64,000 nt of DNA from an uncultured Spirochaetales bacterium. Lineage in GTDB: Bacteria; Myxococcota_A; UBA9160; JAFDET01. Positions 36,368-45,511 of the stretch are shown one piece after another. The stretch lies in NCBI GenBank assembly GCA_964442285.1, contig CAYTZH010000009.1, positions 64,985 through 128,984 on the forward strand, given 5' to 3'. A program made the translations under genes and the position numbers. Numbering within the stretch: the first letter of the stretch is position 1; each line of letters opens with the position of its first letter. The notes beneath the pieces are model-generated. The model worked only from the letters and a program-made list of their open reading frames with translations, had not been told where the DNA came from and did no database searches.

Positions 36368-39270
36368 TGGCCGACCCCGTTGAAGGCGGCCTCGATGAGG
36401 TCCTGTTGCTCCCGGCGGTGGATGCGGCCCGACCCGGTAGCGGGGCTGGCCGCGGCGGTGCGTCCCGCGTAGGCGAGCTTCGACTCGGGCACCAGCACGT
36501 CCTGGATGCGGCCGAACACGAAGCTCCAGGCGCCCATGTTGGCGGGCTCCTCCTGGCACCACACCACGCGCTCGACCCGCTCGTAGCGGCGGAGGATCCG
36601 GCTCAGCCGCTCCTCGGGCCAGGGGTAGAGCTGCTCCAGCCGGACGATGGCGACGCCCCCGGCGTCGTCCTCCCCGAAGCGCCGCTCGCGCTCCGCCAGG
36701 ATGTCGTAGTAGACCTTGCCGCAGCAGAGGATCACCCGATCCACCTGCTCCGGCGCACGCGCGGCGAGGGCGTCGTCGATCACGGTCTGGAAGCGGCCCT
36801 GGGCGAAGTCCTCGACCCGCGAGGTCGCCCGAGGCGCCCGCAGGAGGCTCTTCGGCGTGAAGATGACCATGGGCGCGCGGAAGGGACGCCGCATCTGCCG
36901 GCGCAGCACGTGGAAGTACTGGGCCGGCGTGGTGCAGTTGACCACGTAGAGGCCGTCCTCGGCGCACAGCTGGAGGAAGCGCTCCATGCGCGCGCTCGAG
37001 TGCTCGGGGCCCTGCCCCTCGTAGCCGTGGGGCAGCAGCATCACGAGGCCGCTCATGCGCTGCCACTTCACGTGGGCGCAGGTGATGAACTGGTCGATGA
37101 TCACCTGGGCGCCGTTCACGAAGTCGCCGAACTGCGCCTCCCACAGGGTGAGCGTGGTGGGATCGGCCAGGCTGTAGCCGTACTCGAAGCCGAGCACCGC
37201 GGCCTCGGACAGGATGCTGTCGTAGACCTCGAAGCGGGCCTGGGTGGAGGTCAGGTGGTCCAGGGGCACGTACTCCTCGGCCGTCTTCTGGTCCACGATC
37301 GCGGCGTGACGATGGCTGAAGGTGCCCCGGGTCGAGTCCTGGCCCGAGAGCCGGACCGGCGTGCCCTCCACGACGAGGCTCCCGAAGGCGAGGGCCTCGC
37401 CCATGCCCCAGTCGATGGCGGCGTTCTCGCTGATCACCTTGCGGCGGCGTTCGAGCAGGGGCACCAGCTTCGGGTGGACGTGGAAGCCGCTGGGGACCGC
37501 GCCCACGCCCTCGGCAATCTGGGCCAGCTGCTCCACCGGCACCGACGTGTCCTCCTCCTCCTCGGGCGGCGTGCGGGTGAAGCCGGTCCAGGGCCCGCGG
37601 GGATCGTAGGGCTCGTCGGGTCCGGGCGGGTTCGACTCGACACCGCGCAGGGCCTCGTCGAGCTCGGCCTTGCGCTCCTCCTCCATGCGGGCCGCCTCGG
37701 CCACGTCGAGCACCTCGGCCTCGATGAGGCGGTCGGTGTAGAGCTTCCGCACCGACGGGCGACGGCGGATCTTCTCGTAGAGCAGCGGCTGGGTGAAGCT
37801 CGGCTCGTCGCCCTCGTTGTGACCGTGGCGCCGGTAGCAGACGAGCTCGATGACGACGTCCGAGAAGAAGCGCTGGCGGTAGTCGAGGGCCAGCCGTACG
37901 GCGTGGACCACGGCCTCGGGATCGTCGCCGTTTACGTGGAAGACGGGCGCCTGGACCATCTTCGCCACGTCGGTGCAGTAGAGGGTGGAGCGCGCCTCGT
38001 AGGGATTGGTGGTGAAACCGATCTGATTGTTGACGACGGCGTGGATCGTGCCGCCGTTGCAGTAGCCCGCCACCTGCGAGAGGTTCAGCGTCTCGGCAAC
38101 GATGCCCTGACCCGCGAAGGCGGCGTCGCCGTGGATGAGCAGCGGGATGATCGTGCGACCCTCCTCGTCGCCCGATCGCACCTGCTTGGCGCGCACCCGA
38201 CCCTCGACCACCGGGTCGACCGCCTCCAGATGGGAGGGATTGGCGGTGAGCGAGAGGTGGACCCGCTGGCCCGAGCGCGTCACGCGATCGCTCGAGAAGC
38301 CCTTGTGGTACTTCACGTCGCCCGAGCCGAACGGGCTCTCCACGTCCTCGATGTCCTCGAACTCCGAGAAGATCAGCTCGAGGGACTTGCCCATCACGTT
38401 GGAGAGCACGTTGAGCCGGCCCCGGTGGGCCATGCCGATCACGAACTCCCGGGCGCCCTGCTCCGCCCCGTACTCCACCGCCTCGTCCAGGAGCGGAATG
38501 AGCGACTCGGCGCCTTCGAGGGAGAAGCGCTTCTGGCCCAGGAACTTGGTGTGGAGGAAGCGCTCGAAGAGCTCCGCGGCGAACAGCTTCTCGAGCACGT
38601 GCAGGCGCGCCGCGCCGTCGAGCTCCGGAACGTTGCGATCCTGCTCCATGGTGCGGAGCAGCCAGGCCTTGCGGCCGGGGTCCTGCATGTGGGTGAACTC
38701 GACGCCCAGCGTGCCGCAGTAGGTATCCCGCAGCCGACCCAGGATCTCGTCGAGCGGCTGCACCGGGCCGCCGGGGAGGTCGCCCGTGATGAACTCGCGC
38801 CCGAGGTCGTCGTTGCCGAATCCGTAGTGCGCCGGGTCGAGCTCGGGGAAGTAGCTGGGCTGTCCGCCCAGCGGGTCGGTGTCGGCGACGCGGTGGCCGC
38901 GCGCCCGGTAGGAGTGGATGAGGCGCAGGACCCGGGCGTGCTTCTCGGCGTCCGGCCCGAGGTCGTGGCTCGGCGCCGCGGCGGCGGGCGCCGGGGACGG
39001 ACGCGGGGCGGCGGCGGGCGCCGGGGACGGACGCGGGGCGGCGGGAGGGCGCGGTGCCCGAGTGGGGCGACCATCGCGGAAGACGCCCGACCAGCCCGGA
39101 TGGACCGAGTCGGGATCCACCTCGTAGCGGTGCTGGATCTCCTCGGCGAGCGCTGCGTTGAGGCCGAAGCTGGCGAGCTCCGTCTCGGTCGAACCCCCGG
39201 GGTCCGACCCTGGGCGGGTCCGAGGTCCCGGCGCCGGGTCCGCGGTTCCCGATCGCGTCTCGCGGGGCAT
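36364..39270 (-). CDS. sucA: 2-oxoglutarate dehydrogenase E1 component
   Basis: ATG 39270 follows the SD 'gggagaag'. About 968 aa. Contains 'RLIHSYRARGH', 'MAHRGRLNVL' and 'GQGIVAETLNLS'. Confidence 0.92.
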   Translation of the reverse strand: MPRETRSGTADPAPGPRTRPGSDPGGSTETELASFGLNAALAEEIQHRYEVDPDSVHPGWSGVFRDGRPTRAPRPPAAPRPSPAPAAAPRPSPAPAAAAPSHDLGPDAEKHARVLRLIHSYRARGHRVADTDPLGGQPSYFPELDPAHYGFGNDDLGREFITGDLPGGPVQPLDEILGRLRDTYCGTLGVEFTHMQDPGRKAWLLRTMEQDRNVPELDGAARLHVLEKLFAAELFERFLHTKFLGQKRFSLEGAESLIPLLDEAVEYGAEQGAREFVIGMAHRGRLNVLSNVMGKSLELIFSEFEDIEDVESPFGSGDVKYHKGFSSDRVTRSGQRVHLSLTANPSHLEAVDPVVEGRVRAKQVRSGDEEGRTIIPLLIHGDAAFAGQGIVAETLNLSQVAGYCNGGTIHAVVNNQIGFTTNPYEARSTLYCTDVAKMVQAPVFHVNGDDPEAVVHAVRLALDYRQRFFSDVVIELVCYRRHGHNEGDEPSFTQPLLYEKIRRRPSVRKLYTDRLIEAEVLDVAEAARMEEERKAELDEALRGVESNPPGPDEPYDPRGPWTGFTRTPPEEEEDTSVPVEQLAQIAEGVGAVPSGFHVHPKLVPLLERRRKVISENAAIDWGMGEALAFGSLVVEGTPVRLSGQDSTRGTFSHRHAAIVDQKTAEEYVPLDHLTSTQARFEVYDSILSEAAVLGFEYGYSLADPTTLTLWEAQFGDFVNGAQVIIDQFITCAHVKWQRMSGLVMLLPHGYEGQGPEHSSARMERFLQLCAEDGLYVVNCTTPAQYFHVLRRQMRRPFRAPMVIFTPKSLLRAPRATSRVEDFAQGRFQTVIDDALAARAPEQVDRVILCCGKVYYDILAERERRFGEDDAGGVAIVRLEQLYPWPEERLSRILRRYERVERVVWCQEEPANMGAWSFVFGRIQDVLVPESKLAYAGRTAAASPATGSGRIHRREQQDLIEAAFNGVGH
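38981..39040 (-). repeat. 2 x 30-nt perfect in-frame tandem duplication in the sucA N-terminal Pro/Ala linker (APRPSPAPAA x2)
   Basis: 'gcggcgggcgccggggacggacgcggggcg' occurs at 38981-39010 and again at 39011-39040. Confidence 0.95.
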
Positions 39271-39400
39271 GGCCACTTCTCCCTCACACAAATCGGGCGC
39301 AGCGAAATGCGCCGATCATTAGCACGTATTCGGCAGGTGTGCGCCGAACTTCAACGCCGTCGAGAGGGTTGGACGCACGGGGAGCCGGAAACGTCACGCG

Positions 39401-39487
39401 GCAGGCCCGCAAGGGAAGGAATCGGCCCGCAAGGGAAGGGATCGGCCCGCAAGGGAAGGGATCGGCCCGCAAGGGAAGGAATCGGCC
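39401..39487. repeat. Intergenic tandem array of a 20-nt unit 'atcggcccgcaagggaagg(a/g)' (3 full copies + 2 flanking partials)
   Basis: Full copies at 39421-39440, 39441-39460 and 39461-39480. Partial copies at 39401-39420 and 39481-39487. The array lies in the ~470-bp sucA / SDR divergent spacer. Confidence 0.95.
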
Positions 39488-39760
39488 GCGCCGGGGCGGC
39501 CCGGCGACGCAGCGGGCGGAGTGGGGCGAGGCGGGCCCGGGGCTGCCGGGTTGCAACGAGACGCGAGCCGACGCGCCACCCGCTGGAACACCAGCTCGGC
39601 CCCCCCGGGCCCACCCCTTTGTACCGCTTTCGGCCCGGTCCGGATACTCCAATCGAGGCCGGGCGACGGATCGACGATCGGGCCCCTGCGTCGACACCGC
39701 GGCGACCCTTCGCGACCCTGGGAGCCGCGGCGGGCCCGAGGGCCCCCGACGGAGGGAACC

Positions 39761-40525
39761 ATGGAGCTCGAAGGCAAGGCGGCCCTGGTCACCGGGGGCG
39801 GAACCGGGGTGGGACGGGCGACCGCGCTTGCCCTGGCCCGGAGCGGCTGCTCGGTGGCGGTGAACTACAGCCGGTCCCGGGAGGCGGCGGAGAAGACCGC
39901 CGCCGAGGTGAGCTCGGCGGGCGTCCGCGGCCTGGCCGTCCAGGCGGACGTGGCTGTCGACGCCGACTGCCGGCGCCTGGTCGAGACGGCGGTGGGCGAG
40001 CTCGGTCGCCTGGACGTCCTGGTGAACAACGCCGGCACTACGGCGTTCGTGCCCCATGCCCAGCTCGACGACCTGGACGACGAGACGTGGCAGCGCCTGC
40101 TGGGGGTGAACCTGCTCGGGCCCTTCCACTGCGCCCGCGCCGCCCGGGAGGCCCTCCAGGCCGACGGCGGCGGCGAGATCGTGAACGTCTCCAGCGTGGC
40201 GGGCCTCGTCGCCACCGGGAGCTCGATTCCGTACTGCGCGTCCAAGGCCGGCCTGAACAACCTCACCATCGCGCTGGCCCGGGTCCTGGCCCCGACGGTG
40301 CGGGTCAACGCGGTGGCCCCGGGCTTCATCGAGGGCGACTGGCTCCGCGAGGGGCTGGGGCCGGCCTACGACGCGATCAAGTCGGCCATGGAGAGCCGGT
40401 CCCCGCTCGGCCGGGTCTGCCGGCCGGAGGACGTGGCGGCCGCCATCCTCTCCCTGGTGACCGGGTCGGACCTGGTGACGGGCCAGGTGCTGCCCGTCGA
40501 GGGCGGCATGCTGATCGGGAGCTGA
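39761..40525 (+). CDS. Short-chain dehydrogenase/reductase (FabG-like)
   Basis: SD 'ggaggga'. Contains 'ALVTGGGTGVGRA', 'NNAG' and 'YCASKAG'. Confidence 0.9.
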   Translation: MELEGKAALVTGGGTGVGRATALALARSGCSVAVNYSRSREAAEKTAAEVSSAGVRGLAVQADVAVDADCRRLVETAVGELGRLDVLVNNAGTTAFVPHAQLDDLDDETWQRLLGVNLLGPFHCARAAREALQADGGGEIVNVSSVAGLVATGSSIPYCASKAGLNNLTIALARVLAPTVRVNAVAPGFIEGDWLREGLGPAYDAIKSAMESRSPLGRVCRPEDVAAAILSLVTGSDLVTGQVLPVEGGMLIGS

Positions 40526-40670
40526 GCCTCGCATGGTTGCGCCGGAAGCTGCGCATCCTTGCGCTGGAAGCTGCGCACCCGTGATGCCGGCGCCCGATGC
40601 GCGGGGCGCCGGGCTTCAACTTTCTCCGGAGGCTGCCGATAGCGGGGGAGTCCTACCAGGAGGGAGTCCC

Positions 40671-40970
40671 ATGCTTCGACGCATCCGCCGCTTCGCCGCC
40701 ATCGCCATCGCCGCCGTCGTGATCGCCTTCCCGGTCGCTCCGGCCTCGGCGGCGCTCGAGGACATCGACCCCCAGGCCACGCCGCCGATCTTCGATCTCT
40801 TCGTGCTGCGGCCGATCGGGCTGCTGGGTCTCGTCGGGGGTACGATGGCCTTCGTGCCGGCTGCGGCCCTGACCGGCATCTTCGCGCCGCGCGACATCGA
40901 CAAGCCCTTCGACTTCTTCGTCAGGACGCCCTTCGTCTACACCTTCGTCGACCGCCTCGGCACGCACTAG
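40671..40970 (+). CDS. Small exported/membrane protein, unknown function
   Basis: SD 'aggaggga', then ATG 40671. Signal-like 'MLRRIRRFAAIAIAAVVIAFPVAPASA' plus a second hydrophobic stretch. No recognisable family. Confidence 0.5.
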   Translation: MLRRIRRFAAIAIAAVVIAFPVAPASAALEDIDPQATPPIFDLFVLRPIGLLGLVGGTMAFVPAAALTGIFAPRDIDKPFDFFVRTPFVYTFVDRLGTH

Positions 40971-41036
40971 GAAGAACCGAGCGAGGGCGGGCGGCCACCA
41001 CCTTCGAGCGCAGCCCTCAGCCACATCCCCCAACGG

Positions 41037-41069
41037 AAAAGCCCGGAACCGCACGAAGCGACTCCGGGC
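41037..41069 (-). terminator. Rho-independent terminator candidate for the ECF-sigma operon
   Basis: The minus strand reads GCCCGGA-(15 nt)-TCCGGGC followed by TTTT. It lies about 110 nt downstream of the stop at 41181. Confidence 0.5.
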
Positions 41070-41180
41070 CTCCCTGGGAAGGGGATCTGTGTCTGTCAAG
41101 GATGAAGTGGTCGCCCAGCGAGAAAGGTGTCAGGGGCAGGCGTAAAAAAATGAGCTTTCTCGAAAGGCGTCCCCAGGGGA

Positions 41181-41615
41181 CTAGTCGACGCGCTGGAGGA
41201 CGATGACGAGCGTCCCATCCTTGTACCGGGTGCCCCCCAGGATGGCGAGCTTCCGGCCGTGCATCTTCAGGTCCATCTTCATGCCCTCCTCGACGTCCAC
41301 CGCCACCAGGAGGGAGCCCGGGGCCGCGTTCAGGGGGCGGAGCTTCACCCAGCGCCCGTTGGGCATCTTGACCTTGCCGATCTCGTTGATGGCCAGGGAG
41401 AGCTGCTCCCGCTGGAGCTGCCGGAGGCTGGCGTACTTGAACTGACCCCGGAGGTGGCGATCCAGCTCGGGATCGTCGATCGGCCCGGGGGCGGGAGAGA
41501 CGTGGCTCACCCGGACCTGGAGGGCCACCCGCTGGACCTCCTGGGCCTCCACCCGAGGCGCCCCGAAGAGCGCGACGAGCGCGGCCAGGGCCAGGATCCG
41601 GCTAGGCCAGACCAT
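41181..41615 (-). CDS. Secreted protein of unknown function (third gene of the ECF operon)
   Basis: Signal peptide 'MVWPSRILALAALVALFGAPRVEAQ'. Its start overlaps the end of the anti-sigma gene by 14 nt. Confidence 0.6.
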   Translation of the reverse strand: MVWPSRILALAALVALFGAPRVEAQEVQRVALQVRVSHVSPAPGPIDDPELDRHLRGQFKYASLRQLQREQLSLAINEIGKVKMPNGRWVKLRPLNAAPGSLLVAVDVEEGMKMDLKMHGRKLAILGGTRYKDGTLVIVLQRVD

Positions 41616-42120
41616 CGCGGCTCCCTCCCGAGACGTCCGCCGGAGCGGCGTCCAGCATCCAGATGATGGTGGCGTCCTGCCCGGACTCGAACACCAGCAC
41701 CGGGGCCGGGGCCTCGAGCCAGTGGACGTCCGGCGGCGCCACCTCCTCGCCGGAGACGGCGAACAGCAGCGCGGCGACCACTGCAGCGGCCGCCGCCGAG
41801 GCCGCGAGGGGGCGGCCGAGCCCGGCCAGCCAGCTCCAGGCCGAGAGCCCGGATGCGGAGTCCGGCTCCCGGGTCGCCTCGGCCCGCTCCGCGTCCGCGG
41901 CCGGCAGGCGGAGTGCGATCGAATCCCAGAGGTCCGGGCCGGACGCGCCCTCCGAGGCGACCTTCCGCACGACCTCGCCCACCCGGCGCAGGGACTCGAC
42001 CTCGGCCCGGGCCTCGGGCGAGCCCGCCAGGCGGCGCTCCATCCGCCGCGCCGCAGCGGCCCCGAGCTCGCCGTCGAGCCAGGCCCCCAGGCGCTCGCCG
42101 CGGCGGTCGCGACCGCTCAC
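41602..42120 (-). CDS. Anti-sigma factor (single-pass, no zinc-finger Cys/His motif)
   Basis: GTG 42120 (GTGA overlap with the ECF stop). Contains 'LGAWLDGELGAAAARRMERRLAGSPEARAEVESLRR' and one TM segment 'AASAAAAAVVAALLFAV'. Confidence 0.65.
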   Translation of the reverse strand: MSGRDRRGERLGAWLDGELGAAAARRMERRLAGSPEARAEVESLRRVGEVVRKVASEGASGPDLWDSIALRLPAADAERAEATREPDSASGLSAWSWLAGLGRPLAASAAAAAVVAALLFAVSGEEVAPPDVHWLEAPAPVLVFESGQDATIIWMLDAAPADVSGGSRDGLA

Positions 42121-42728
42121 ACCAGGCCCTCCTCGAGGAGGATCTTCTGGACCTTCTTGCGGGCGTAGTGGAGTCGGCTCATCACCGTTCCCTTCGAGAT
42201 CCCGAGGCACTCGGCGATCTCCGCGTAGCTGAGTCCCTCCACCTCGCGCAGGAGCAGCGTCTCTCGCTGCACGTCCGGAAGCGTCTCGATGGCCGCCGCC
42301 ACCCGCTTGCGGATCTCCGCCCGCTCGAGGGCGCCTGCGGGCCCGCCGTCGACGGACTCCAGGGACGCGGGGGTGCCGCCGGTCGCGGCTCCCGCCGCTC
42401 CGGCCGCCCCGGCCGGGTGCAGGCGCTCCTCGCTCCACTCCACCTCCCGGTCGGAGCGGTCGCGGCGCTTCATGTCGAGGCACAGGTTTAACACAAGTCG
42501 GTAGAGCCACGTGTAGAAGCCCGAGCGACCCTCGAAGCGGCCGAGCGAGCGGTAGACCTTGAGGAACGCATCCTGCACCGCATCCCGGGCCCTCTCCTCG
42601 TCCTTCAGGACCCGCAGGGCCAGCCGGTAGGCGCGGGTCTGGTAGCGCTCCACCAGCACCCGGAAGGCATCGTGGTCTCCCTGCTGCGCCTTCGCGATCG
42701 CCTCGGCATCGCTCGGCTCCGCACTCAC
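42117..42728 (-). CDS. ECF (group 4) RNA polymerase sigma factor
   Basis: GTG 42728. Region 2 'DAVQDAFLKVYRSLGRFEGRSGFYTWLYRLVLNLCLD', region 4 'LREVEGLSYAEIAECLGISKGTVMSRLHYARKK'. A Gly/Ala-rich insert lies between them. Confidence 0.9.
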   Translation of the reverse strand: MSAEPSDAEAIAKAQQGDHDAFRVLVERYQTRAYRLALRVLKDEERARDAVQDAFLKVYRSLGRFEGRSGFYTWLYRLVLNLCLDMKRRDRSDREVEWSEERLHPAGAAGAAGAATGGTPASLESVDGGPAGALERAEIRKRVAAAIETLPDVQRETLLLREVEGLSYAEIAECLGISKGTVMSRLHYARKKVQKILLEEGLV

Positions 42729-42789
42729 CCGGCCACCCCGTCGCGTCGGTTGGACGCGCCGATCTCCGCCCGTATTCGCCGCAGCCGGC

Positions 42790-45447
42790 TCAATGGGCCT
42801 CCCGCCAGGAGCGGCCCCGGCCGACGTCCACCACCAGGGGGACCCGCAGGGCATAGACCCCCTGCATCTGCTCGCGAAGGCAGGCCGAGACGGCCTCCAC
42901 CTCGCTCTCGGGGCTCTCCACCAGGAGCTCGTCGTGGACCTGGAGGATCATCCGGGCCGCGAGGCCGGCATCGGCCAGGGCGGGCTCCACGGCCACCATC
43001 GCCTTCTTGATCAGGTCGGCCGCCGTGCCCTGGACGACCGTGTTGACGGCCATCCGCTCGGCGGCGTTCCGGAGCACCCGGTTGCGGGAGCGGAGGTCCG
43101 GGAGATAGCGCCGGCGACCCAGCAGGGTGCGGACGAAGCCCTCCTCCCGGGCCCGCTCCACGGTCTCGTCCAGGAAGCGCCGGACGCCGCGGTAGCGGGC
43201 GAAGTAGGTGTCGATCGTGGCCTGGGCGTCGGCAGTCGCGATGCCGAGCTGGTTGGCGATGCCGAAGGCCGTGGAGCCGTAGATGATCCCGAAGTTGATG
43301 GCCTTGGCGGCGGCCCGCTGCTCCGGGGTCACCGCCTCGGGGTCGGTGCCCGAGACCTCCGCCGCCGTGCGCCGGTGGATGTCCTCCCCGGAGGCAAAGG
43401 CCTCGATCAGGCTCTCGTCCCCCGAGAAGTGGGCGAGGATCCGCAGCTCCACCTGGGAGTAGTCGGCCGAGACCAGGGCCCGGCCCGGCTCCGCCACGAA
43501 GGCCTCCCGGATGCGCACGCCCTCCTCGGTGCGGATGGGGATGTTCTGGAGGTTGGGATTCGAGCAGGAGAGCCGCCCCGTGGCGGCCCCGGTCTGATGG
43601 AAGGTCGGATGGATGCGGCCGCTCTTGGGGCTCACCAGGGGCGGGAGGGCGTCCACGTAGGTGTTCTTCAGCTTGGCGAGGTGGCGGTGGGCGAGGATCC
43701 GCCCCGGCAGCTCGTGGTGGGCGGCGAGCTGCTCCAGGACCTTCTCGTCGGTCGAGTAGCCCGTCTTGGTCTTGCGGATGACCGGCAGCTTCAGCTTCTC
43801 GAAGAGGATGTGCTGGAGCTGCTTGGGGGAGCTCACCAGGAAGGGCTCGCCGGCGAGGGCGTGGATCTCGCCCTCGATGCGGGAGAGCTCGCTCTCGTAC
43901 TCCTCGGAGAGCCGGGCCAGGAAGGCCTCGTCGACGCGCACCCCCGCGGCCTCCATCCGCGCCAGCACGCCGGCCAGGGGCAGCTCGACCTCGTCGAAGA
44001 GGGGCAGGAGCCCATCGCCTTCGAGGCGTCCCCGGAGCAGCGGCGCAAGGGCGTGGAGGGCGCAGACCTCCTCGCCGGCCCAGGCGGCCAGGACCTCGAG
44101 GGAGAGCTCCGCGGCGGGGGTCGCCCGGGCCCCCCGGCCGGCGACGTCCTCCCAGGCGCGCACCTCGCGACCGAGATGCGCGGCCGCGAGGGCCGGGGTG
44201 GTGCGCTGGGCGGCCGGATCCGCCAGGAAGGCCGCGATCTCCACGTCGAAGGCGGGCTCTCCGGGCTCGAGGCCCCAGGCCGCCAGCACCCGCTGCACGT
44301 GGTGGGTGTCCCGCGCCTGCCAGGCCACGGCCGCCGGGCCCTGGAGGAGGGGGCGGAGGGCGGCCAGGCGCTCCTCGGCGGCGAGGTCGCCGTGGGCCAG
44401 GGGGACGACCACCGCCTCCTCGTCGCCGAGGGCGAAGGCGATCGCCGCCGGCGGCGCAGCGACGTCGCCCGGGGCGTCGGCCAGGGCCAGCGTGAGGGGC
44501 GCCTTCCGGGCCAGGCGGCTCGGCAGCGCCTCGAGCTCCTCGAGCGAGGTCGCCAGGGTCACCCGCACGTCGGTCGGCGCGGGCCGGGCCGGCGCGGCCC
44601 CGCCGTCCTCCTCGAGGCTCGCCAGCAGACGCGTGAAGTCGAGACGCGTGAAGAGCTCCCGCAGGGCCTCGCGGTCGGGCTCCCGGACGGCCAGGGCGTC
44701 GAGCGCCAGGGGCAGGTCCACGTCGCTGCGCAGGGTGGCGAGCTGCCGGGAGAGCCGCGCCTCGTCGGCCTGGGACTGGAGCGCCTCCCGGGCCCGCTTG
44801 GCCTTCACGTCGGCGGCGTGGGCGAGCAGGTTCTCGAGGTCGCCCCACTCGGTGATCAGCTTGGCGGCGCCCTTCTCGCCGATGCCCTTCACGCCGGGGA
44901 TGTTGTCGCTCGGGTCCCCGACCAGCGCGCGGACGTCGAGCACCCGATCCGGGGGAACCCCGAAGCGCTCCTCCACCTCGGCGGGCCCGTAGCGGCGATC
45001 CTTCATGGTGTCGAGGAGCTGCACCCGGTCGGACACCAGCTGCATGAGGTCCTTGTCCGTCGAGACCACCGCGATCTCCAGCGCGTCGGGCGCCCTCCGG
45101 ACCAGGGTGGCGATCACGTCGTCGGCCTCGACCCCGGGCACCTGGAGCACCGGGATCCGGTAGGCATCGACCACCTCGCGCACCAGCGGCAGCTGGGCGG
45201 AGAGGTCCTCCGGCTGGGCGTCGCGATGGGCCTTGTAGTCGGCGTAGACCTCCTGGCGGAAGGTCTTGCCCGGCGCGTCGAGGACGACGACCAGGTAGTC
45301 CGGAGACTCCTCCCGCCGCACCTTGTTCAACATGTTCACGAAGCCGAGGACGGCGTTCGTCGGCAGGCCCGCCGCGCTGCGCAGGGGTGGCAGGGCGAAG
45401 AACGCCCGGTAGAGCGTGTTCGCGGCGTCGATCACCACGAGGCGCAT
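42790..45447 (-). CDS. polA: DNA polymerase I
   Basis: 885 aa. 5'-nuclease N-terminus 'VVIDAANTLYRAFFA', polymerase motifs 'LVSADYSQVELRILAH' and 'QVHDELLVE'. Confidence 0.95.
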   Translation of the reverse strand: MRLVVIDAANTLYRAFFALPPLRSAAGLPTNAVLGFVNMLNKVRREESPDYLVVVLDAPGKTFRQEVYADYKAHRDAQPEDLSAQLPLVREVVDAYRIPVLQVPGVEADDVIATLVRRAPDALEIAVVSTDKDLMQLVSDRVQLLDTMKDRRYGPAEVEERFGVPPDRVLDVRALVGDPSDNIPGVKGIGEKGAAKLITEWGDLENLLAHAADVKAKRAREALQSQADEARLSRQLATLRSDVDLPLALDALAVREPDREALRELFTRLDFTRLLASLEEDGGAAPARPAPTDVRVTLATSLEELEALPSRLARKAPLTLALADAPGDVAAPPAAIAFALGDEEAVVVPLAHGDLAAEERLAALRPLLQGPAAVAWQARDTHHVQRVLAAWGLEPGEPAFDVEIAAFLADPAAQRTTPALAAAHLGREVRAWEDVAGRGARATPAAELSLEVLAAWAGEEVCALHALAPLLRGRLEGDGLLPLFDEVELPLAGVLARMEAAGVRVDEAFLARLSEEYESELSRIEGEIHALAGEPFLVSSPKQLQHILFEKLKLPVIRKTKTGYSTDEKVLEQLAAHHELPGRILAHRHLAKLKNTYVDALPPLVSPKSGRIHPTFHQTGAATGRLSCSNPNLQNIPIRTEEGVRIREAFVAEPGRALVSADYSQVELRILAHFSGDESLIEAFASGEDIHRRTAAEVSGTDPEAVTPEQRAAAKAINFGIIYGSTAFGIANQLGIATADAQATIDTYFARYRGVRRFLDETVERAREEGFVRTLLGRRRYLPDLRSRNRVLRNAAERMAVNTVVQGTAADLIKKAMVAVEPALADAGLAARMILQVHDELLVESPESEVEAVSACLREQMQGVYALRVPLVVDVGRGRSWREAH

Positions 45448-45511
45448 GCGCTGGCGAGCCTAGCACGGGCCGAACGCAGCAGAGGGCGGGGCCCTGGGGT
45501 AGGGTGGTTGG

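Noticed and set aside
36368-37144. Upstream extension of the TPR-metzincin ORF into sucA (ORF-track start at 37144)
   Set aside because: It would require ~780 nt of out-of-frame overlap with the conserved sucA C-terminal region and would bury the lipoprotein signal peptide internally.
39339-39863. ORFs inside the sucA/SDR spacer (39339-39863 +, 39351-39614 -, 39394-39792 -)
   Set aside because: The translations are dominated by the tandem repeat (for example 'ARKGRNRPAREGIGPQGKGS') and Arg/Pro/Gly runs. There is no SD/start context and no recognisable domain.
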